Source: an uncultured Oscillospiraceae bacterium (GTDB lineage: Bacteria > Bacillota > Clostridia > Oscillospirales > Ruminococcaceae). Taken from it: DNA of 44,763 nt. Positions 38,404-44,763 of this stretch are shown in pieces. A program made the position numbers and the translations under genes. A model generated the notes under the pieces. That model did no database searches. It had not been told where the DNA came from and saw nothing but the letters and a program-made list of their open reading frames with translations. Each line of letters opens with the position of its first letter. Positions within the stretch are counted from its first letter, which is position 1. The stretch lies in NCBI GenBank assembly GCA_964370225.1, contig CAYJII010000005.1:1-44763 (forward strand). The letters are read 5' to 3'.

Positions 38404-39777
38404 TTGGTACACCAATATAAATTAAACGGATATAATCTAGTATTAGATTCAGTAAGTGGAGCAATTCATTCAGTCGATGATGTTGCTTACGATATGATAA
38501 AAGATTACAAAAATAAAGATAAAGCTACTCTTATTGGCGAGCTATTATCAAAATATAATGATAGATCTGATGTCACTAGCGATGAGCTTGAGGCATGCTT
38601 TTCTGATATAGAGTATTTAGTTGAAGAAAAACAGCTTTTTACTCCTGATACGTACGAAACACTAGCAAAGAACTACAAAAATAACTCTAATGTTATAAAA
38701 GCTCTCTGCTTCCATATTGCGCATACTTGCAACTTAAACTGCGAGTACTGTTTTGCTTCACAAGGAAATTATAAAGGCGATAGAGCTTTAATGAGTTTTG
38801 AAGTAGGAAAAAGAGCAATCGATTTTTTAATAGAAAATTCAGGTAGTAGAAGAAATCTTGAAGTCGACTTTTTCGGTGGCGAACCTTTGATGAACTGGCA
38901 AACTGTAAAAGACATTGTCGCATATGCAAGGAGCGTCGAAAAAGCACATAACAAAAATTTCCGCTTTACGCTAACTACAAATGGAATTTCTATCGATGAT
39001 GATGTAATCGAATTTTCTAACAAGGAAATGCACAATGTAGTATTATCTTTAGACGGCAGAAAAGAAGTCCATGACCACTTAAGAAAAGACTATAAAAATC
39101 GCGGTAGCTATGATGTCATCGTGCCTAAGTTTCAAGAATTTGTTGAAAAAAGAAATGGTAAGGGCTATTATATGAGAGGCACATTTACACATAATAATCC
39201 AGATTTTACAAATGATATCTTGCACATGCTTGACCTTGGATTTACTGAGCTTAGTATGGAACCTGTAGTAGCTAGCGAAGGCGATGCGTATGCTTTAACA
39301 AAAGAAGATTTACCGATATTGTTCGAACAATACGAATTATTAGCAAAAGAGATGATGAAACGGAAAAAAGAAGGAAAACCATTTTCTTTTTACCATTATA
39401 ACATAGATTTAACAAACGGTCCTTGCGTTTATAAAAGGATTACAGGTTGCGGTTCTGGGACTGAGTACATGGCAGTTACCCCTTGGGGCGAGCTATTTCC
39501 ATGTCATCAGTTTGTTGGTGATGAAAAATATAGTCTTGGAAATATTTTTGATGGCGTGAGCAATCTAGACGCACAGGATGAATTCAGATCATGTAATATC
39601 TACACAAAAGAGGAATGTGTTACTTGCTGGGCAAATTTATATTGCTCGGGCGGATGTCCTGCAAACGCTTTTCATGCGACAGGCGACATAAACGGTATAT
39701 ACGAATACGGTTGTGAGCTTTTTAAAAAGCGCATCGAGTGCGCTATTATGATGCAGGTAGCAAATCAAGAGGATTAA
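38404..39777 (+). CDS. scfB: SCIFF radical SAM maturase (rSAM with C-terminal SPASM domain)
   Basis: CNLNCEYC (CxxxCxxC) radical SAM motif and C-terminal SPASM cysteines (CVYKRITGCGSG...CHQF...CVTCWANLYCSGGCPANA). TTG start preceded by GAGGAG. N-terminus MVHQYKLNGYN matches the family. Confidence 0.88.
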   Translation: MVHQYKLNGYNLVLDSVSGAIHSVDDVAYDMIKDYKNKDKATLIGELLSKYNDRSDVTSDELEACFSDIEYLVEEKQLFTPDTYETLAKNYKNNSNVIKALCFHIAHTCNLNCEYCFASQGNYKGDRALMSFEVGKRAIDFLIENSGSRRNLEVDFFGGEPLMNWQTVKDIVAYARSVEKAHNKNFRFTLTTNGISIDDDVIEFSNKEMHNVVLSLDGRKEVHDHLRKDYKNRGSYDVIVPKFQEFVEKRNGKGYYMRGTFTHNNPDFTNDILHMLDLGFTELSMEPVVASEGDAYALTKEDLPILFEQYELLAKEMMKRKKEGKPFSFYHYNIDLTNGPCVYKRITGCGSGTEYMAVTPWGELFPCHQFVGDEKYSLGNIFDGVSNLDAQDEFRSCNIYTKEECVTCWANLYCSGGCPANAFHATGDINGIYEYGCELFKKRIECAIMMQVANQED

Positions 39778-39779
39778 TT

Positions 39780-41150
39780 ATGGATACGCCTATTTACGAT
39801 TTTATACGCAGATATTCAGCTGAAAATTTCACTAGGCTCCATATGCCGGGGCATAAAGGTGAAAATATTTTTGGGTGCGAAAATTTTGATATCACCGAAA
39901 TTGATGGTGCGGATAATTTATATTCACCTGAAGACGATGGTATCATTAAGAAAAGCGAGGCTAACGCTTCCAAACTATATGAAACAAAAGCGACTTTTTA
40001 TTCGACAGGCGGGTCTAGTCAGTGTATTTTTGCTATGCTTTATCTAGCTAAAATTGCTGCCAAAAAAAAACCATCTGAGGACGTTGTCCTTGTAGCACGA
40101 AATGCACATAAGACATTCGTGTCTGCTTGTGCTCTACTGGATATCAACCCTATGTGGATGTATCCAAGCGACGATGCAACTAGTGGTATTTGTAGCTGTG
40201 TGATAACAAAAACTGACCTTGAAACTAAACTAGCAAATATGAGTAATATGCCTATTGCAGTTTTTATTACTTCCCCCGATTATTTAGGCAATATCGCTGA
40301 CATCAAAGGCTTAAGTGAAGTTTGTGGCAGATACGATGTTCCTCTTCTTATAGACAATGCACATGGTGCATATCTTAAGTTTTTACAGAATGATATCCAC
40401 CCTATTACACTCGGAGCAAGTATGTCATGTGACTCAGCGCATAAGACTCTACCCGTGCTCACGGGAGGAGCTTATCTGCATATAAATAAAAACTCACCAG
40501 CCTCTTACAAAGATAGCGCTAAGGTTGCACTATCTTTGTTTGGCTCAACTTCCCCATCGTATTTAACTTTAACTTCACTGGACTTGTGTAATAAAATATT
40601 AAGTGAAGATTTTCCGAAAAACCTTAATAGGCATGTCAAATCCATAAATGCTCTTAAGGCTACACTTTACGATAATGATATCAAATATTTAGATGGAGAG
40701 CCTTTAAAATTAACGCTATTATGCTCTGAAATGTCCGTTTCCCCTCAAAAGATTGCGCATATTCTAAGGAAAAATAAGATTGAAATTGAATTTGCTGACA
40801 ATGATTTTTTAGTGTGTATGTTCACAGCACAAATTTCTGATGAGGAATTAGCTGATTTTGCATCGTTACTACTTAATATTTTCAGTAAGCGAGAAAATAT
40901 TGCGTCTACCCCATTGGAAAGTATCGCTATACCAACAGCGATACAAGCTATGAGTATACGCGAAGCTATATTCTCACCACAGCAAAAAATCAAGGCGGAT
41001 AATGCTGCTATTGGTAAGATTTGTGCCTCACTTGCTGTATCATGCCCCCCTGCCATTCCCATAGCAGTGAGTGGCGAGATTATTCAAAGCGAGCATATTA
41101 AACTATTTAATCATTATGATATAAATGAAATATTCGTTGTAAGCGAATGA
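39780..41150 (+). CDS. PLP-dependent Orn/Lys/Arg decarboxylase family protein (Bacillus YaaO/SpeA-like)
   Basis: SxHK PLP-lysine motif (SCDSAHKTLPVLTGG) and HMPGHKG N-terminal motif. Start set at ATG 39780 (MDTPIYDF), 2 nt after the scfB stop, with AAGAGGA upstream. The track ORF starts at 39738 in an overlapping stretch. Confidence 0.8.
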   Translation: MDTPIYDFIRRYSAENFTRLHMPGHKGENIFGCENFDITEIDGADNLYSPEDDGIIKKSEANASKLYETKATFYSTGGSSQCIFAMLYLAKIAAKKKPSEDVVLVARNAHKTFVSACALLDINPMWMYPSDDATSGICSCVITKTDLETKLANMSNMPIAVFITSPDYLGNIADIKGLSEVCGRYDVPLLIDNAHGAYLKFLQNDIHPITLGASMSCDSAHKTLPVLTGGAYLHINKNSPASYKDSAKVALSLFGSTSPSYLTLTSLDLCNKILSEDFPKNLNRHVKSINALKATLYDNDIKYLDGEPLKLTLLCSEMSVSPQKIAHILRKNKIEIEFADNDFLVCMFTAQISDEELADFASLLLNIFSKRENIASTPLESIAIPTAIQAMSIREAIFSPQQKIKADNAAIGKICASLAVSCPPAIPIAVSGEIIQSEHIKLFNHYDINEIFVVSE

Positions 41151-41151
41151 T

Positions 41152-41192
41152 AAAAAACAGTGTTTGTTGCGGTTCACAAGCACTGTTTTTTT
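41152..41192 (+). terminator. intrinsic terminator after decarboxylase
   Basis: 11-bp stem aacagtgtttg/caagcactgtt (one G-U pair) with a 10-nt loop, then T7. Confidence 0.65.
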
Positions 41193-41262
41193 ACTTATAT
41201 TATGAGTTTGTTGTTTTGGTATAATTTCACTCGCTGTATTTAAATTTTGCTGTTAAAAAAGT

Positions 41263-41291
41263 TTGACTTATCATCATTAAAGATGTATAAT
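41263..41291 (+). promoter_or_regulatory. sigma-A promoter TTGACT-17-TATAAT for copA-copZ
   Basis: Hexamers at 41263-68 and 41286-91 with a 17-nt spacer. RBS AAGGAGGTG before the TTG start. Confidence 0.6.
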
Positions 41292-41318
41292 TTCATATAA
41301 GACTAAGGAGGTGTAGTT

Positions 41319-43529
41319 TTGCAAACAGATACAATTAGATTAGCGATAAAAGGCATGACTTGCGCTGCATGTAGTGCTTCTGTAGAAAAAGCGTTAGGCA
41401 GAAAAAATGGCGTGGAGACTGCAGTAGTCAACCTTGCAACGAACACAGCAACAATTTATACAGACGGAAGCATCACTGCTCCAGAACTAATTTTAGCAGT
41501 GGAGAAAGCGGGCTTTTCCGCTAAAATAGCAAGCGACTTAATAGAAAATGATAGCTTTAGAATTAGTAATATTCAGCTTGCGATTGCTCTCATATTCGGC
41601 GGGCTGGAGCTGTACATTGGCATGAGCCATATGCTACCAATACCACTGCCACTCCCCTCTTTCATGTCCATGGAAACTAATGCAGCAATATTTTCATTAA
41701 TCCAGCTTATTTTAACTTTAATAGTTCTCTCTGCTGGTTATAAGTTTTTCACGAGTGGTTTTAAAAACCTTGTATTACTCCATCCAAATATGGATAGCCT
41801 TGTAGCTATTGGTACAAGCTCCGCTTTGCTATATAGTATATATAACACAGTTTTAGTGTTTTTGGGCAATCACCACGCTGCACATAATCTTTATTACGAG
41901 TCAGCAGCAGTAGTTGTAGCTTTAGTGCTACTAGGTAAATTTTTAGAAGAACGAAGCAAGAGTGCTGCAAAACGTGCAATCACTTCACTTGCTTCACTCG
42001 TACCTGGTGTCGCTACCGTTGAACGCGATGGTATCGAAAAAGAAATTCCATCCAAGCAAGTGCGCAAGGGCGATATTGTCATAATTAAACCTGGCTTGCG
42101 AATACCTGTAGATGGAGAAATTATTGAGGGAGAGTCAGCAGTAGATGAATCCATGCTAACCGGCGAAAGTTTGCCTGTATACAAAGAATTAGGATGCAAA
42201 GTTTCTGGTGGGACAATTTGTACTGATGGTTACATAAAAATTAAAGCTACTGGTGTTGGCAATAATACTGCAATCTCGCAAGTGCTAAAGCTTGTGACGC
42301 AGGCACAAGAGAGAAAAGCACCAGCAGCTAGACTTGCAGACCAAATCTCTGGTATTTTTGTACCAACTGTTGTTGCGATTGCAGTACTTTCATCTCTAAT
42401 ATGGTTTATTGTAGGCAAGGACATCAACTTTGTGATGAACATATTTGTTTCCGTTTTAGTAGTAGCTTGCCCATGCGCATTAGGGCTTGCAACGCCAATT
42501 GCAGTAATGGCTGGGTCTGGGCGAGGGGCTAATCTTGGGATATTATTCCGAGGTGGGGATGTAATCGAGGCTACCTCTAAAGTGCGCAGTGTATTTTTTG
42601 ATAAAACCGGAACAATCACACATGGTAAGCTTAAGATAACTAAAATTTCGGTTAAATCAATGAATGAAAGCGAATTTATCAAGCTTGTAGCTAGCGCAGA
42701 AAAAGGATCTGAGCACCCAATAGCTGTTGCAGTAGTAAACTATGCGCTTGAAAATGAGTATAAACTAAGTACACCAAAATCGCTGACTTCATTTGCTGGA
42801 CGTGGAGTGCTAGCAGAGGTTGAGGATGCTCATGTACTCGCAGGTACATTAAAGCTGATGGAAGAGAAAAATATTTCACTTCCAGCTAATATTACGCAAA
42901 AAATCCCAACTGGTTGCACCGTAATGTATGTAGCGCTAAATGATGAATACCATGGATTTATCGCATTAAGCGATACGATACGCGATGATGCAAAACATGC
43001 TATCACACGCCTAAACAGCCTGAAGATTGAAACTGCAATGATTACTGGTGATAATAAATCTGTCGCACATAAAATAGCAGATGAAGCTGGGATAAAAACA
43101 ATCCGTGCTGAAGTATTACCTCAAAATAAATCTGAAGAAGTAGAAAAAGCTAAAAATAGTGGCATTAGCGTTGCAATGGTGGGAGATGGAATAAATGACG
43201 CACCAGCATTAGCAGCTGCTGATGTAGGTATCGCTGTCCAAAACTCCACTGATGCTGCTGCAGAATCAGCGGGTATTATATTAATGCGAGATGATATTAA
43301 CGGAGTTGCTGATGCGTTACTATTAAGCAAAAAAACTATGCAAATTATTAAGCAAAATCTATTTTGGGCTTTTATCTATAACTGTGTAGGTATCCCGATT
43401 GCGTCAGGATTATTGTATCCTTTTTCTGAAGTACTTATGTCCCCCGCTTTTGCAGGAGCTGCAATGGCACTTTCGTCGGTTTGTGTCGTAACAAATTCAT
43501 TGCGACTAACTAAATATAATCCAAAATAA
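41319..43529 (+). CDS. copA: copper-translocating P1B-type ATPase
   Basis: N-terminal HMA domain GMTCAACSASVEKAL, CPC transmembrane motif (ACPCALGLATP), DKTGT phosphorylation site, GDGINDAP hinge. Confidence 0.9.
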   Translation: MQTDTIRLAIKGMTCAACSASVEKALGRKNGVETAVVNLATNTATIYTDGSITAPELILAVEKAGFSAKIASDLIENDSFRISNIQLAIALIFGGLELYIGMSHMLPIPLPLPSFMSMETNAAIFSLIQLILTLIVLSAGYKFFTSGFKNLVLLHPNMDSLVAIGTSSALLYSIYNTVLVFLGNHHAAHNLYYESAAVVVALVLLGKFLEERSKSAAKRAITSLASLVPGVATVERDGIEKEIPSKQVRKGDIVIIKPGLRIPVDGEIIEGESAVDESMLTGESLPVYKELGCKVSGGTICTDGYIKIKATGVGNNTAISQVLKLVTQAQERKAPAARLADQISGIFVPTVVAIAVLSSLIWFIVGKDINFVMNIFVSVLVVACPCALGLATPIAVMAGSGRGANLGILFRGGDVIEATSKVRSVFFDKTGTITHGKLKITKISVKSMNESEFIKLVASAEKGSEHPIAVAVVNYALENEYKLSTPKSLTSFAGRGVLAEVEDAHVLAGTLKLMEEKNISLPANITQKIPTGCTVMYVALNDEYHGFIALSDTIRDDAKHAITRLNSLKIETAMITGDNKSVAHKIADEAGIKTIRAEVLPQNKSEEVEKAKNSGISVAMVGDGINDAPALAAADVGIAVQNSTDAAAESAGIILMRDDINGVADALLLSKKTMQIIKQNLFWAFIYNCVGIPIASGLLYPFSEVLMSPAFAGAAMALSSVCVVTNSLRLTKYNPK

Positions 43530-43541
43530 TAGGAGGTAATC

Positions 43542-43742
43542 ATGAATTCTATCACATTAAATGTAGAGGGTATGCACTGCACAAATTGCACTACTAGAAT
43601 AACAAACACACTAAACTCACTCAATTCAGTAGACTCTGTTTTATGCTCACTTGAAGATAAAACTGTAACTGTGGTTAGTGATATGAGTCAAGACGATGTA
43701 ATCGAAGCAATCGAAGACATGGGATTTGACGTAATACTATAA
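43542..43742 (+). CDS. copZ: copper chaperone CopZ (HMA domain)
   Basis: 66 aa with the MxCxxC motif (GMHCTNCTTRI). RBS AGGAGG. Confidence 0.88.
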   Translation: MNSITLNVEGMHCTNCTTRITNTLNSLNSVDSVLCSLEDKTVTVVSDMSQDDVIEAIEDMGFDVIL

Positions 43743-43749
43743 GCATATA

Positions 43750-43791
43750 AAAAAACCAGGAATGGCGATATTGCCATTCCTGGTTTTTTTT
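43750..43791. terminator. bidirectional intrinsic terminator (copZ / GGDEF gene)
   Basis: Perfect 11-bp stem ccaggaatggc/gccattcctgg, flanked by A6 and T8. Confidence 0.8.
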
Positions 43792-44763
43792 AATTTCCGT
43801 TTTTATGCATGCTTTTTTGATCGCTTAACAAGAAAATAGAAATCATTTTAACAGCATACAGGATGCTATTAATTTCCTTCTCATTCCATACACGAGTTCT
43901 AGTGCAATCGTCTAAGCCTAAAAATAGTTTCACATAATCCTTTTCTCGTATCTGAACATGTAAAAATGATTTTATGCCTTGATCATTCATGAGATCATAT
44001 GCACCATCAGCCTTTAAGAGTCTCAAGTCATTGCTGTAAAAAATGCCCTTATCATCAGAATTTGCAAAAAAATCAAACAGTATATCTGCAGTAAGCCCCT
44101 GCAAATTTTCAATCTCTGGGACAATTCCATTAGCACACCACTCATAAGTATTGTCATAAGTTTTTCCATTATCATGTGTCTCGAATATATAGCATCTATC
44201 TGCATTTGCTCGTTTACATATAAATTTCATTACAGCATTAAGCGAGGAGTGTATTTCCCTTGTTTCATACATTAAATCAAACACAGTGGATACAAGTTCT
44301 GTATCAAAATACGAGTTTGCAATTCTACTAGCGTTTTCAAGCGTAGTCCTATTTTTCATAGTACCATCGTAAAGCTCATCAGTATAAAATGTATAACAGT
44401 CTTTCCCACGAAGCTTTGACTGATATAATGCTTTATCTGCTGCTTTGTACAATTCCTCATACGTTTTACCGTCTTTGGGGTAGCATGAAATTCCGATGCT
44501 TCCAGAAATTTTGTAGTCATTATATTCACCTGAGTAAGTGTTTTGAAAAGCTTTTGCTATAATTTTAGCTTTTTGCTCCACTACATTTTCATTTTGAACA
44601 TTCTTAAGTAGGACAATAAATTCATCCCCACCAATTCTACCTATAATATCAGCATTTCTAAAACAGTTACGCAAATTAGCAGCTACTTCACTTAATACCA
44701 TATCGCCAAAATGATGCCCTAGATTATCATTTATCGCTTTAAAATTATCGATATCTATGATGT
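43790..44763 (-). CDS. GGDEF-domain diguanylate cyclase with C-terminal uncharacterised domain; 5' end off-window
   Basis: RIGGDEF motif. The frame stays open upstream of the listed Met to the window edge and reads IIDIDNFKAINDNLGHHFGDMVL (canonical GGDEF A-site/I-site region). About 190 aa of unknown function follow the cyclase domain. Confidence 0.8.
   Translation of the reverse strand, partial: IIDIDNFKAINDNLGHHFGDMVLSEVAANLRNCFRNADIIGRIGGDEFIVLLKNVQNENVVEQKAKIIAKAFQNTYSGEYNDYKISGSIGISCYPKDGKTYEELYKAADKALYQSKLRGKDCYTFYTDELYDGTMKNRTTLENASRIANSYFDTELVSTVFDLMYETREIHSSLNAVMKFICKRANADRCYIFETHDNGKTYDNTYEWCANGIVPEIENLQGLTADILFDFFANSDDKGIFYSNDLRLLKADGAYDLMNDQGIKSFLHVQIREKDYVKLFLGLDDCTRTRVWNEKEINSILYAVKMISIFLLSDQKSMHKNGN

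Noticed and set aside
39738-39779. Decarboxylase start at 39738 overlapping the scfB 3' end by 40 nt
   Set aside because: There is no RBS, and the N-terminal extension MRYYDAGSKSRGLI is atypical. ATG 39780 follows an AAGAGGA RBS and gives MDTPIYDF right after the scfB stop.
41151-41318. Possible CsoR/CopY operator upstream of copA
   Set aside because: I found no GC-rich CsoR-type dyad and no TACAnnTGTA CopY box, only two sigma-A-like promoter candidates. The copper regulator is presumably encoded elsewhere.

Overview
This is a low-GC Firmicutes (Clostridia-like) chromosomal window of dense, mostly core housekeeping genes. No rRNA, tRNA, CRISPR array, transposase or integrase genes were detected. 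The stand-out feature is a small RiPP locus at 38.08-41.15 kb that the ORF track missed. It holds a 50-aa six-cysteine SCIFF-type precursor peptide behind a consensus promoter, an intrinsic-terminator-like attenuator hairpin, a radical SAM/SPASM maturase, and a translationally coupled PLP-dependent Orn/Lys/Arg-type decarboxylase.

Reading left to right, the window contains:
- a convergent hypothetical gene and an M23 peptidase;
- a thioesterase, a GNAT acetyltransferase and pth;
- a glycolytic pgk-tpiA-gpmI block on the minus strand;
- degV, trmL and a D-Ala-D-Ala carboxypeptidase;
- the classic rimP-nusA-ylxR-ylxQ-infB-rbfA-nrnA-truB-ribF operon on the minus strand;
- an Fe-S aldo/keto reductase and a heterodimeric ABC exporter pair;
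- a small P-loop NTPase followed by a four-subunit 2-oxoacid:ferredoxin oxidoreductase (korDABC-like);
- darA(yaaQ)-holB-ricT(yaaT);
- a 55-aa 2[4Fe-4S] ferredoxin that is absent from the ORF track;
- rpsO-pnp;
- a hypothetical gene, an AraC regulator and a URO-D-like locus;
- nfeD-flotillin, then the SCIFF RiPP cluster;
- copA-copZ and a 5'-truncated GGDEF gene at the window edge.

Several sigma-A promoters, rho-independent terminators and candidate operator palindromes are also called.
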